Below, piece by piece: positions 18,639 through 29,004 of a stretch of 64,000 nucleotides of DNA. The notes beneath the pieces are model-generated. The model had not been told where the DNA came from. It made no database searches and was given only the letters and a program-made list of their open reading frames with translations. The stretch comes from Candidatus Campbellbacteria bacterium (GTDB taxonomy: Bacteria > Patescibacteriota > Minisyncoccia > Phycocordibacterales > EsbW-18). Made by a program: the position numbers and the translations under genes. The DNA is taken from the NCBI GenBank assembly GCA_016699465.1, contig CP064977.1:542503-606502 (forward strand), in the 5' to 3' direction. The first letter of the stretch is position 1. Every line of letters starts with the position of its first letter.

Positions 18639-19410
18639 TCAATGCAACCCAATCCTCGGCGGATAGTTCTTCTGCCCGAGCATTTGGAGAAAAACCACGC
18701 TCGATTAAGAAACGCGAAAGCGTTTCTTTTGGTATGAGGCTCGCAAGATTGGGAACGAGTTGTTTTCGTTTGTGGGCAAATCCTGTTTTAACGAGGGTAA
18801 AGAAGGTTGTTTCGTCGACAGGTGAAAGGTGCGATGTGATGTTGGTGATGAGAAGAATTGCGGAATCAACTTTTGGCGCAGGAGAAAAATATTTTTTTGA
18901 AACATTCATGACAAGCTTCGGTGTGCCAAAGACTTTAACTGACATCGAAAGAATACTCTCCTTTCCATCGTGTGCGACAATACGTTGTGCAACTTCTTTT
19001 TGTACAAGCACTACGATGCGTTCAGGTTTGTGTGTTCCTGCTAAAAATAATTCGAGAATTTCTCCCGTGATGTAGTACGGAATGTTTGCAATTAACTTGT
19101 AACGTGAATCATCTAGCGCGTAATGAGAAAAATCAAACGTGCGAATGTCATCTCGAACAATCTGTAATTGTTTTGATGTAATTTCTGGAGCAAATATTTC
19201 CTGCAGGTATGTAACAAGGTCGGCATCTTTTTCAATCGCGAGCACACGACATCCTGTATCAAGGAGTGCTCGCGTCAGGGCTCCCTTCCCTGGTCCAATT
19301 TCAAGCACAGTGTCTGTTGCGGATAGTTCACCTACCTCAATAATTTTATTGAGTGCAACTTTTGATTTTAAAAAGTTTTGCCCTAGTTCTTTTTTTGCAC
19401 GATGTGTCAT
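18616..19410 (-). CDS. rsmA: 16S rRNA (adenine1518/1519-N6)-dimethyltransferase
   Basis: MTHRAKKELGQNFL...VLEIGPGKGALT SAM-binding motif. 264 aa. Confidence 0.85.
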   Translation of the reverse strand: MTHRAKKELGQNFLKSKVALNKIIEVGELSATDTVLEIGPGKGALTRALLDTGCRVLAIEKDADLVTYLQEIFAPEITSKQLQIVRDDIRTFDFSHYALDDSRYKLIANIPYYITGEILELFLAGTHKPERIVVLVQKEVAQRIVAHDGKESILSMSVKVFGTPKLVMNVSKKYFSPAPKVDSAILLITNITSHLSPVDETTFFTLVKTGFAHKRKQLVPNLASLIPKETLSRFLIERGFSPNARAEELSAEDWVALTTVMKTP

Positions 19411-19574
19411 GTTTAAAAAATTAAAGTAGTTTCTATGTGTGTTTGTGTTTTGTACCGATATATCGGTACAAAATATTTGTGTTATTTTGCTACCACTTAC
19501 TACTTCCTACATTCTACCTTCTATTTTCTAAACCAATCACCAATCTCTCACTCCTAACTCCCCACCCCCACTCT

Positions 19575-21536
19575 TTAAAAGTCTATATCAAGGAGTCCTT
19601 TTCCAAAACCACCTTGCGGTTTCCACTCGTTTGTTGGGGTGACGTCCTCAATAAGATCGGTATCCATTTCGGTAACAAATCGCGAGGGCGTATTGATAGT
19701 CGCCGTTCCATAAATAGTACGAATGAATGCGTAGGAAAGGTGTGCTTGGTGGCGTGCGCGGGTGAGTGCAACGTAAAAAAGTCGGCGCTCCTCCTCACGT
19801 TCTTCTGGCGTATCACGTGTCTCGCTTCGCTCGTCCGGAAACAGCCCTTCTTCGAGTCCGGCAATAAAAACATGAGCAAATTCAAGGCCTTTTGCGGCGT
19901 GGATGGTCATAAGCTTTACGGATGACTCGTCGTTTTTGAGTGCATCTTGATCGCTTGCTAGTGATGCGTTTTCAAGGAATGCACTGATTCCCTCTTCGAG
20001 CGGAAGTGCGTCGTATCGCGTTGCAATCGTTGCAAGCTCTTTCATGTTGGCAAGGCGTTCTATGTCGTCGTCACCTCCGTGTATAAGATCGAGTTCAAGT
20101 CCACTTTCTTTAATTACAAACTTCACCACGTCGGAGGGTTTGTGTGTGCGCGCTACTTCTGCAACGCGTCCGAGAAGTGCACGGAAGCGTTCGATTTTTT
20201 CTTTCATCTTTGCAGGCAAATCGTGTTCTTGGTATGAAAGAATTTTGAGCAGTGTTGTTTTCCCAATTCCGCGTGCGGGCACATTAATGATGCGCGCAAT
20301 GGCGGTGGTGCTGTCTGGGTTGAGTGCGGCGATAATGTACGAGAGAATATCTTTCACCTCTTTTCGTTCAAAAAATCGTACGCCAAGCATTTGATACGGC
20401 ACGTGCGTGTTTAAAAACGCCTCTTCAAGTACACGTGACTGAAAGTTTGCGCGAAAGAGCACAGCAATTTCATTTGCTGGAACCCCGCTCGCAATTAATT
20501 CCTGTGCGCGTGTTGCAACCCACGTTGCTTCATCTGTTTCGTTTGCTGCAGTGTAGAGCTCTATCTTTTCTCCGTTGGAGCTATTGGTAAAAAGATTTTT
20601 TTCTTTTCTAAATTCATTTTGTGCAATGGCACTGTTTGCTGCGGAGAGGATTGTTTGCGTTGAACGATAGTTTTCTTCAAGCATCACGATGGTGACATTT
20701 GCAAAATCTTTTTCAAACCGCGCGAGATTACGCATGTCCGCACTTCGCCATGTGTAAATACACTGGTCATGATCGCCAACAACGCAAATATTTCCATGTC
20801 CGCCTGCTAATAGTTTGGTAAATTCGTACTGCACCGTGTTGGTGTCTTGATACTCGTCAACGTGCACGTGTGACCATCGCTGTTGGTAGTGTTCTAGAAT
20901 ATCTGGATTTTTTTTGAGGAGTTCAAGAGTTGAGAGAAGAAGGTCGTCAAAATCAAATGCCTTTTCTTTGGTGAGTACGTCATTGTATTTTTCCCACACA
21001 GGTACAACCAATCGTTCAAAATAGGACGAACCTGCTTTTTCTTTAAACTTTGAAAGTGTCGTCGCTTCACCTTTGTTTTTTGAAATAACTGAAAGGAATG
21101 CGTTTGGTGAGTGTTGTTTTGGATCCAAACCGAGATCTTTTACAATTCGTTTTATTGCCGAGAGCGAATTATCTCGATCAAAAATGGTGAAGTACTTAGT
21201 TACGCCGAGTCGCGCTGCACTTTCTCGAAGGATTTTGACACCGAGGGAGTGGAAGGTTCCGACGAAGGGAGAAGTGGTAGCTGGTATGTGGTAGCTGGCA
21301 TGTAGGGTCCTTCCAAGGAGGTGGCCGACCCGCTCGCGCATTTCAGTTGCTGCTTTGTTGGTGAACGTAATGGCAAGGATTTTCTCTGGAAGTACCCCAC
21401 TATTAATAAGGTGGAGTATGCGGGTCGTGATAACGCGTGTTTTTCCTGTTCCGGCCCCAGCAATAATCATAAGGGCGCCATCAATATGCTCAACAGCCCT
21501 TCGTTGGGCAGGATTTAAGCTTTCAAGGTAATGCAT
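19575..21536 (-). CDS. pcrA: ATP-dependent DNA helicase, UvrD/PcrA family
   Basis: LNPAQRRAVEHIDGALMIIAGAGTGKTRVIT (helicase motif I), full set of SF1 motifs. Start placed at MHYLESLNP. Confidence 0.85.
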   Translation of the reverse strand: MHYLESLNPAQRRAVEHIDGALMIIAGAGTGKTRVITTRILHLINSGVLPEKILAITFTNKAATEMRERVGHLLGRTLHASYHIPATTSPFVGTFHSLGVKILRESAARLGVTKYFTIFDRDNSLSAIKRIVKDLGLDPKQHSPNAFLSVISKNKGEATTLSKFKEKAGSSYFERLVVPVWEKYNDVLTKEKAFDFDDLLLSTLELLKKNPDILEHYQQRWSHVHVDEYQDTNTVQYEFTKLLAGGHGNICVVGDHDQCIYTWRSADMRNLARFEKDFANVTIVMLEENYRSTQTILSAANSAIAQNEFRKEKNLFTNSSNGEKIELYTAANETDEATWVATRAQELIASGVPANEIAVLFRANFQSRVLEEAFLNTHVPYQMLGVRFFERKEVKDILSYIIAALNPDSTTAIARIINVPARGIGKTTLLKILSYQEHDLPAKMKEKIERFRALLGRVAEVARTHKPSDVVKFVIKESGLELDLIHGGDDDIERLANMKELATIATRYDALPLEEGISAFLENASLASDQDALKNDESSVKLMTIHAAKGLEFAHVFIAGLEEGLFPDERSETRDTPEEREEERRLFYVALTRARHQAHLSYAFIRTIYGTATINTPSRFVTEMDTDLIEDVTPTNEWKPQGGFGKGLLDIDF

Positions 21537-21691
21537 GGACGCATCATACCACGGCGCATGGGCGCCAAATAACAAATATCCAATATCAAATACCAATGAA
21601 ATTAGAAGTTTAAAAAGTAGGAAGTAGTAGGCAAAAAAGAAAAACCGCCGAGCGACGCGGGTGCGTGCTCGGCGGAAGGTGGAAAGAACGG

Positions 21692-21871
21692 CTACTTCTT
21701 GCGGAAGATCTCAATACTGATGCCGATGACCATCATGGTGATTGCCCAGATGACTCCCGCACTTGCAGATAAGAATCTCTCGATTCCCGTGCCCCGAGCC
21801 ATCACTGCCGGCAGAAACAAGAACAGGACCAAACCGAGAAAGAAAAAGACCCTGGATCCGGTAAGCATTTG
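21692..21871 (-). CDS. small two-TM membrane protein (59 aa)
   Basis: GGGAGG RBS 6 nt upstream of ATG. Hydrophobic MLTGSRVFFFLGLVLFLFLPAV... Strong rho-independent terminator just downstream (ccgccgagc...gctcggcgg + T-run). Confidence 0.4.
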   Translation of the reverse strand, partial: QMLTGSRVFFFLGLVLFLFLPAVMARGTGIERFLSASAGVIWAITMMVIGISIEIFRKK

Positions 21872-22270
21872 AAACCTCCCAATTTTTGACCAAACCAAGC
21901 GTAATGCTCGGGTTGGGTACTTTCTGAAGATATTCTATAAGAAAATTGTGTCATGTCAAGACCTCAAAAGTTAGGGAGTAAATGTTTTTTACAATAAAAA
22001 CAGGTGTAATGTCAATGGATAGTGGATGGTCAAAAATTCAAAAAACGGCTCTACAAAGCCATTTTTGACATAATTTTTATCCACGGAGTAGTCCACTTCT
22101 TTATTGCCCCTTTATCCCTATTCCCGTAGAATTATTGATGTTGCAGGAGTTAAGAATGTCCACCCGCATAAGGCGGGTACGCCAGACACCGCGGAATTAC
22201 AATCTAACCCAACTATATAATATCTTCCTATCGTGATTTTGGTTCGTGGTTTTCTCTTTTAACGAACCGA

Positions 22271-23287
22271 ATGAAACATGGTGTTCAGTCAAAGCGCTTC
22301 TGGCGCGCTTTTGTCTTTCGTGTCGTTGTTTCACTACTTCCCTTCGTGACCTACGGTGCGTTGCTTGGTATATATGGTGCATTGCCTTCAGTGGGTGCTC
22401 AGGAAGAATTTCCCGGTATTCGACTCACGTCACTCAACATGCCATTATTGGAAAGTACAGGAAATCCAAATCCAAAACTCGCTGTAGCAACGCCTTCTAA
22501 TATTGTATACGGCGTTGCGCTCGCTTCTGATGAAAACCCAATTGCTGATGGTCGTCGGCTTTCGGCAACATCTGATCAAATTTCTACATACGTTGTTCGC
22601 GAAGGAGACTCCCTTTCAATGATTGCGGACATGTTTAACGTTTCCATAAACACTATTCGTTGGGCAAACAACATGACCGGCAAATCGACGATTCAGCCAG
22701 GACAAACACTCGTCATTCTTCCGGTGACAGGTATTCGTCACATAGTGAAGAAAGGTGACACCATACAAAGTATTGCAAAGAAGTACAAGGGTGATGTTGA
22801 AGAAATTATACAGTACAACGGTTTGGAAGAAGGAACAGCTCTTGTTGTTGCGAGTGAAATTATTATTCCTGACGGTGAGGTTGTTGTGACGTCTTCAAAG
22901 AGTGCTTCGGGTGGTGCATCTCGGGCATACTCAGGGCCAACATACGCTGGATACTACCTACGACCAACACATGGGGTGCGATCTCAAGGGTTGCACGGAC
23001 ACAATGGTATTGATATTGCCGCACCAGTGGGAACACCTGTGTACGCTTCAGCTGCGGGTGAGGTCATTGTTTCTCAAAGCGGTGGATGGAATGGTGGATA
23101 CGGAAACTACATTGTGGTGAAGCACGGTAATGGAACACAGACGCTGTATGCACACTTGAGTAGTACGTCGGTTGCCGTTGGTGATAGTGTTGGACAAGGT
23201 GACGTGATTGGAGCTGTTGGTTCAACAGGACGTTCAACAGGGGCGCACTTGCACTTTGAAGTTCGTGGGGCAACAAACCCTTTCTAA
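22271..23287 (+). CDS. LysM-domain M23 family metallopeptidase (cell-wall endopeptidase)
   Basis: Two LysM repeats (YVVREGDSLSMIADMFNVSINTIRWAN; HIVKKGDTIQSIAKKYKGDVEEIIQYNGL) and M23 motifs HNGIDIAAPVGTPVYA ... GSTGRSTGAHLHFEV. Confidence 0.85.
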   Translation: MKHGVQSKRFWRAFVFRVVVSLLPFVTYGALLGIYGALPSVGAQEEFPGIRLTSLNMPLLESTGNPNPKLAVATPSNIVYGVALASDENPIADGRRLSATSDQISTYVVREGDSLSMIADMFNVSINTIRWANNMTGKSTIQPGQTLVILPVTGIRHIVKKGDTIQSIAKKYKGDVEEIIQYNGLEEGTALVVASEIIIPDGEVVVTSSKSASGGASRAYSGPTYAGYYLRPTHGVRSQGLHGHNGIDIAAPVGTPVYASAAGEVIVSQSGGWNGGYGNYIVVKHGNGTQTLYAHLSSTSVAVGDSVGQGDVIGAVGSTGRSTGAHLHFEVRGATNPF

Positions 23288-23465
23288 GTAGTGGTGGGGT
23301 TAGAGGTGAGGAGTTGGTGATTGGTTTGGTAGTTGGAAAAGGTTGAAGATAGTAAAAATGGTAAGCAGAAAGCACATGAAAAACACAAAAGAGAAGTTCT
23401 AGGGTGAAGCTGGTAGTGTGTGGGGACACGCGCTACGGGTTTTGATCTAGAAATACCCAAAGCAT

Positions 23466-23493
23466 AAAAACCGCCAGTGATGGCGGTTTTTAT
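23466..23493. terminator. rho-independent terminator after the LysM-M23 gene
   Basis: aaaaaccgccagtgatggcggttttta. Confidence 0.6.
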
Positions 23494-23593
23494 GCGAATG
23501 ACCAATCTCAAATATCAAAATTCAAAACTGGTCGGTCTTTAAGGTCGCAATGTGCGACCTTAAAGATTTGCGTGGCGTGTGCTGTAAGAGTTT

Positions 23594-25144
23594 TTATGTC
23601 GTGAACATTTTTGGTCGATACTGGAGTGCTTCGAGGATGTGGTGTTTTTCGATGTGCTCAGCATTTTCTAAATCAGCAATGGTGCGAGCAATTTTTATGA
23701 CGCGATGGTACGCACGGGCCGAGAGGTCTAACTTTTTTGCAGATACATTGAGAATATCTCGCACCTCTTTTGACAGTGGTGTAAACGTATCCAGGTCGCG
23801 CACGTTCATATCACTGTTTTTTCTTCGTGGTGTATTTTCAAATCTTTTTGTTTGGTACGTGCGTGCAGAAAGAACGCGCTCCCGCACGACACTACTTGCC
23901 TCACCATCACTACCGCGTGAGAGGTCTGCATGTTCAACAGGCGCAACTTCAACCCACAAATCAATTCTATCCATAACTGGTCCAGACAGCTTTCGTTGGT
24001 AGTGAAGTAAAATGTGCGGCGAGCACGTGCAGGCTCGTCCACTCCCCCACTTTCCACACGGACATGGATTGAGTGCTGCAACTAAAAGTGTATCGGCGGG
24101 AAACTGTGCGCTTCCGCGGACGCGTGCAACCGACACGACACGATCTTCGAGTGGTTGTCGCAAACTTTCAATGACGCGTCTATCAAATTCAGGAAACTCA
24201 TCTAAAAAAAGCACACCGCGATGTGCGAGAGTGATTTCTCCTGGCTTTGGAAATGCTCCGCCACCAACGAGAGAGACATACGAACTTGTATGGTGTGGGG
24301 AGCGAAATGGTGGGTGTGTGACGGTGTGCTCCTTGAGTAATCCTGCAACAGAATGAATTGCTGTTACTTCCAACATCTCATCAAATGAGAGTGGCGGGAG
24401 AATACCGACGAGCGCTTTTGCAAGAAGTGTTTTTCCTGTTCCGGGCGGACCCCACAACGCAATGTTGTGTCCGCCCGCTGCCGCAATCTCAAGTGCGCGT
24501 TTTGCAGTTGTTTGTCCACGCACGTCCGAGAAATCAATACTGTATGGCGCAACAGTTGGGATGTATTCTGTCTCTGGTGTGACGGCTATTTTTTGTGGCG
24601 CCCTCTTTGGTTCCTCTGGCTTTTTCTTTTCGTTGAGATGCGCGATGAGTTCTGTAAGTGAACGTGCTCCAAACACAGAAATACCACGAACGAGTGCTGC
24701 TTCTGTCGTGTTTTCGGTGGGGACATACACTTCCGTGAATCCCATGTGTTGTGCTTTGATAACAAGTGGAAGGACACCTGCAATACGACGCACGTCTCCA
24801 TCAAGAGAAAGTTCCCCGAGAAATAATTTTTTGTCAGGATTAAAACGAATATCATCTTGCGACAATAGATATGCAAGTGCGATGGCGATATCAAATGATG
24901 GGCCTTCTTTTTTGATGTCAGCGGGTGCGAGAGAAATAACTATTTTTTGGTTTCTACTTTTGGGTGATTCGAAGTTGCTGTTTTTTATTGCTGCAGATAC
25001 TCGGTCGCGCGATTCTTCGACGGCCTTGTCGGGAAGTCCCACGATTGAAAATGCATGCAAGCCATTGGACACATCTACTTCAACAGAAATAATGTGCGCT
25101 GTGAGAAGCGACGTTTGTGCACTGTACACTTTTGCGAAAGACAT
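23594..25144 (-). CDS. YifB/ComM family Mg-chelatase-like AAA+ ATPase
   Basis: 516 aa. LWGPPGTGKTLLAKAL Walker A. N-terminal Lon-like and C-terminal ChlI-like regions typical of ComM/YifB. Confidence 0.85.
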   Translation of the reverse strand: MSFAKVYSAQTSLLTAHIISVEVDVSNGLHAFSIVGLPDKAVEESRDRVSAAIKNSNFESPKSRNQKIVISLAPADIKKEGPSFDIAIALAYLLSQDDIRFNPDKKLFLGELSLDGDVRRIAGVLPLVIKAQHMGFTEVYVPTENTTEAALVRGISVFGARSLTELIAHLNEKKKPEEPKRAPQKIAVTPETEYIPTVAPYSIDFSDVRGQTTAKRALEIAAAGGHNIALWGPPGTGKTLLAKALVGILPPLSFDEMLEVTAIHSVAGLLKEHTVTHPPFRSPHHTSSYVSLVGGGAFPKPGEITLAHRGVLFLDEFPEFDRRVIESLRQPLEDRVVSVARVRGSAQFPADTLLVAALNPCPCGKWGSGRACTCSPHILLHYQRKLSGPVMDRIDLWVEVAPVEHADLSRGSDGEASSVVRERVLSARTYQTKRFENTPRRKNSDMNVRDLDTFTPLSKEVRDILNVSAKKLDLSARAYHRVIKIARTIADLENAEHIEKHHILEALQYRPKMFTT

Positions 25145-25404
25145 ACAGGCACTTTATCAGTTCATCATAAAGAACTGATAAAGTGCCAAGTTCAAATATC
25201 AAATATCAAAATAAAATCCGAAATAACCAATAACCAAGCAGCAATAACCAATGAAAATTCAAAATCCAAATATCAAAAAGTGACGAGTAGAAAGTAGCGT
25301 GCTCCGCTGGAGGCGGGGTAAGTAGAAAGCAATGGTGTGGTGATTGACCGGGGCGACTCTGGCGGGTATAGTCCACGTGGATATATACTGAAAGGAGCTA
25401 CGCC

Positions 25405-25644
25405 GTGCGCATTCTCGTTGAAGGTGATAACACAGAAAACCGCGAAGAGGTTGTAAAAATTCTTCGCGGGGTTTGTCCTGATGCGGAAATCGTCGAGAGA
25501 GATATTCGACCCATTTTGGGATTCGGGTTGGAATTAGGAACCGTCGGGGAGAAATTTGACCTCGTGATTTCTGTTGGTGTAACCAGAATTGGACAGGATC
25601 TGGATGTGCCATACCTCGGATCATTTTTTACAGAGAGGAGATAG
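25405..25644 (+). CDS. hypothetical small protein (79 aa), GC-rich cassette
   Basis: ORF in a locally GC-enriched segment. No motif recognised. Stop is 3 nt before the next ORF's start. Confidence 0.35.
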   Translation: MRILVEGDNTENREEVVKILRGVCPDAEIVERDIRPILGFGLELGTVGEKFDLVISVGVTRIGQDLDVPYLGSFFTERR

Positions 25645-25647
25645 GTC

Positions 25648-26043
25648 ATGAAAGTTGGCAGACAGTTGGTAAAAGAAGACCCATTTGCGAAGGTCAACGC
25701 AAAGTTGGCGAGGTTCAGACAGGCGGTTGAAACCATCCTCCAACAAAAACGTAACATCGCACGAGATATTTCCTTTACATGTGAACACTGCGGACGCAAG
25801 GCCCCTCTATCTCAGTGGGTTTTTATTCAGTCGATGTACTACGTTGCACCGCATGGATGTACAGAGGGTGATTATTGGGTTAACTCTCAAACGAAGGTGT
25901 GTCACCTCTGTTGTCCGATGTGTGAATGGGAAAATTATCTCTACAATCACCCCGAGAGGGAGAAGATTCTCGGTGTGTTTGTTGAGGTCGGAGAAAGTCA
26001 GAAGGAAATGATTTTTGCTCGAATCGAGATTCGTAGGAAGTGA
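25648..26043 (+). CDS. Cys-rich putative zinc-ribbon protein (131 aa)
   Basis: CEHCGRK ... CHLCCPMCEWEN cysteine clusters. Followed by a clean terminator hairpin at about 26066-26095. Confidence 0.45.
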   Translation: MKVGRQLVKEDPFAKVNAKLARFRQAVETILQQKRNIARDISFTCEHCGRKAPLSQWVFIQSMYYVAPHGCTEGDYWVNSQTKVCHLCCPMCEWENYLYNHPEREKILGVFVEVGESQKEMIFARIEIRRK

Positions 26044-26181
26044 TAGGTAGTGGGGTGTTCTTTGTGCAAAACCGTGAGTGCTTTCAGTACTCACGGTTTT
26101 TGTGTATGTGACTAAAAAGTATTGACTTGTTGTGTTTTGACATGTATGTTTCTGTTGGACTTAGTAAGAAAGGAGAACGGT

Positions 26182-26544
26182 ATGGGACTCAGAATTCTCG
26201 TGGTTGAGAGCGACGCAAAAATGCGGGCGACGTTGTGTCGCCAGCTCAAGAAAATCTGGGGAGTGGTGGATGTTGTAGAAGCCCCGTCCTTCGATGAGGC
26301 GGTTGGCGTGTTCAACTCACACAAGGGTATCTTTGACGGGATTGTTCTCGATAGCCCCAAGGTTCTTGGATTTGTTCGTTGTCTCAAGTACACGGGAATC
26401 ATTGTAGCGTCTTCCTCGAGCGACGTTGCAAATGACGTGATGATCGAGTGCGGAGCCAACGGAAAGGCCTGCGCCGTCGATTCCAGAGTCGGAAAGGAGA
26501 CGGCCCTCGGGGTTCTCATGAGCCTTCTCCACAGAAAAAAGTAG
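26182..26544 (+). CDS. stand-alone CheY-like receiver-domain protein (tentative)
   Basis: AAGGAGA RBS. MGLRILVVESDAKMR...FDGIVLDSP...GIIVASSS pattern resembles the receiver-domain acidic pocket / phospho-Asp / conserved Ser-Thr positions. Terminator at about 26556-26586. Confidence 0.4.
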   Translation: MGLRILVVESDAKMRATLCRQLKKIWGVVDVVEAPSFDEAVGVFNSHKGIFDGIVLDSPKVLGFVRCLKYTGIIVASSSSDVANDVMIECGANGKACAVDSRVGKETALGVLMSLLHRKK

Positions 26545-26620
26545 AACACAAAACCCGCCCGGCGTATGCCGAGCGGGTGTTTTGCTACATTCTACATTCT
26601 ATCTTCAACATTCCATTCAC

Positions 26621-26983
26621 TTACACATTTTCTCGCGCTGAAGGATTTGCTTCAAGGCGTTCAACAGAGATTGGTTCACCTGTCTTTTCATCAATGCCAT
26701 ACGTGCCATTTTCTATTCGTGCGAGGGCGTCAGTAACTTCTTTGAGCTGTGTCTCGAGTGTTCCTGAAATTGCAGTGTTTTCTTCTAGGTCTTCAAATTT
26801 ATCTGCGAGTTCGTTTTTGTCTGCGGTTGAAACGTCGATTGCTTCATCAACAATAGGACTCCAGTCGCCTGTCATGTTTGGATTTTTAATACCAATATTT
26901 GAAAGTTCGCTTTCAAGGCGTGCCTTTTCATCGGTTAATACTTGTTTGAAATGAGCGAGTTGCTCGGTAGTTATAGTATTCAT
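26621..26983 (-). CDS. DksA/TraR-family-like protein (YteA-like, no Cys4 finger evident)
   Basis: MNTITTEQLAHFKQVLTDEKARLESEL ... TYGIDEKTGEPISVERLEANPSAR resembles DksA/TraR C-terminal region. Start placed at internal Met. Confidence 0.45.
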   Translation of the reverse strand: MNTITTEQLAHFKQVLTDEKARLESELSNIGIKNPNMTGDWSPIVDEAIDVSTADKNELADKFEDLEENTAISGTLETQLKEVTDALARIENGTYGIDEKTGEPISVERLEANPSARENV

Positions 26984-27047
26984 ACGGGGACATCTTACCA
27001 GATATACACTTAAAGTCCAAAGCACAAAGCTCAAAATCCAAATGAGA

Positions 27048-27081
27048 CATACCGGCTTATTCGTGCGAATAAGCCGGTATG
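27048..27081. repeat. 34-bp palindrome cataccggcttattcgtgcgaataagccggtatg between two minus-strand genes
   Basis: Perfect 15-bp arms. No U-tract, so not a canonical intrinsic terminator. Confidence 0.55.
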
Positions 27082-27118
27082 TGTGAACACCAAAGTAGTC
27101 GTGTGGCAACCTAAAATG

Positions 27119-28633
27119 TTACATCGTAAAGCGGGCGGTGGAAATATAGTCAATAACCGCCGCGAGTGTATCTTCGTCGGGGGCGATGATAAGCAGTTTT
27201 TGTGAAAGGAATGAGTAAAGAACGCGCACACTGCCGTCAGTTCCAAGGAGTGCGCGAGTGTCTTTGTTTTTGATGGTGAGATCTTTAAAGACAGGCGTGA
27301 TTGAAGTCATAACGGGCACAGCAACTGGTACTTGTATTAGTGTGGTTGTTGCGACTGTTGTTGTGGATACGCCTGTGGTTGTTGCAACAGTTGATGTGGA
27401 AACGGGCGGAAGTGTGGGCGCAGGTGGAGGAGGAAGAGGTGCTGGGGTGCGAACCATAAATGCAATATCTTCAGGAAGTGTGTTCTCCCATTCAAGAAGT
27501 CCAGCAAATGCTGATTCGTATGATGTTACTTCAAATGCGAGAAATGGTGAAGTTTTTCCTGCTTTTGACACAACACCAACGTATGAGAGTGTTCCAAGAG
27601 AGCGCGCAAGACGATCCGTGTTGCGTGCGGAGAGTGTTGTAAAAAAATCATCGGGCACCACATTTTTAACTACACGGGTTACATTTCCATCTGCGTCTGT
27701 TGTGTCCGCATATGTTACGAGACGCACAAGCGATATGCCGGTTTTTTGTGTGTATACAGAGGGCAACGCGCCGAGCGTTTGTGAAAGTTTTGTTCGTGAC
27801 ATGTCGGTCACGTCGAGCGTTGTTTCTTCCACACCTGGAATAAGCGCATCGGGTGCGGTCATGGTTATTTGGGTGGTTGGTGTTTGGGTTTGCATGAGAA
27901 ATGCAACGGTTACCACAACTGCACCAAGTACTGCGAGGCCAACTCCCCCGAGAATCCACGGCATACTGTGTGTGCGCTCTTCGTCAGGAAGTGTGTCGTA
28001 CAATTCTTTTTTTGTTGCCTGTTGTTGGGCGAGTGCAATTCCAGAAACAGAAAGATTTTGATTGTGAATAGTTTCTGCGGCGTCTGATTCAAGTGTGCGA
28101 ATAGATGCTCGCCGAGCTGCTTCTGAAACGCGTTCCATTGCAGATGTTGATTGAGAAAATGATGCTTCGGCAGGTGTGCTTTGCGCAGGTGGTGTTGATT
28201 CGGGTGTCAGGCGAGCACTCGTCGGAAGCTTAGCTTCTGAAGGTGACTGTTCTGCAGGGATGCCGAATGCAATTACTTTTTTTGGAGCGTCTTGAATTGC
28301 ATGTTCAAAAGGAGCTTCGACAATGTCTGGCAGTGTTGTTTCAGGAGCAGGTGCTGGAGCAGGTGCTGATTTTGGAACGCCCGATACTGCAAATTGTGTT
28401 GCAGACAGGGGTTCTGGTGTTTGTGTATAGGGTGTAGAAACGGCTTCTGGTCCAAGCACGTCAATGAGTGTTTGTTTTGGCATTGCCGATCGCATTGCTG
28501 GGGTGTCTGACGACGCTTGAGAAGAAGGAGTTGATTGTGCAAACACAACATCATCAGGAACGGGTGTCGATGTTCCTGTTGGAATTTCTGGCGGAAGACC
28601 AAATGATGGATTCGTTGGAAGTGGATCAACCAT
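27119..28633 (-). CDS. Pro/Thr/Ala-rich single-pass membrane hypothetical protein
   Basis: 504 aa, low-complexity N-terminal half, central TM (ILGGVGLAVLGAVVVTVAFL), PPPPAP-rich region. Confidence 0.5.
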   Translation of the reverse strand: MVDPLPTNPSFGLPPEIPTGTSTPVPDDVVFAQSTPSSQASSDTPAMRSAMPKQTLIDVLGPEAVSTPYTQTPEPLSATQFAVSGVPKSAPAPAPAPETTLPDIVEAPFEHAIQDAPKKVIAFGIPAEQSPSEAKLPTSARLTPESTPPAQSTPAEASFSQSTSAMERVSEAARRASIRTLESDAAETIHNQNLSVSGIALAQQQATKKELYDTLPDEERTHSMPWILGGVGLAVLGAVVVTVAFLMQTQTPTTQITMTAPDALIPGVEETTLDVTDMSRTKLSQTLGALPSVYTQKTGISLVRLVTYADTTDADGNVTRVVKNVVPDDFFTTLSARNTDRLARSLGTLSYVGVVSKAGKTSPFLAFEVTSYESAFAGLLEWENTLPEDIAFMVRTPAPLPPPPAPTLPPVSTSTVATTTGVSTTTVATTTLIQVPVAVPVMTSITPVFKDLTIKNKDTRALLGTDGSVRVLYSFLSQKLLIIAPDEDTLAAVIDYISTARFTM

Positions 28634-29004
28634 ATATGCATAGTATACCCCGTGAGATAAATATGTGTATGCCGTGTTGTGTGGATGATTTTCTCACCAA
28701 ATATCTCACGGGGTAAAAATGCAAAGTTCAAAATCCAAAGTCCAAAAAAGGATAAGGCGATACGTGTATGTGGTAGATGGTATGTAGTATGTGGAAAAAT
28801 TCAATATCAAATAACAAATGACGAAGGTGGAAGCGTGCAACATGTAACATGAAGTATGTAACAAAAAGGGTGCTTTTTTATTCGCCTATTCGCGCGAATT
28901 AGAGAGTATAAAACACAGAGAGGTTTAACCTCGCTTATCAGTAAATATAAAAAAAGAACCGCCCGATGAGCGCGGCGGCTCTTCGGGCGGTGGTGGTGGA
29001 AGGG

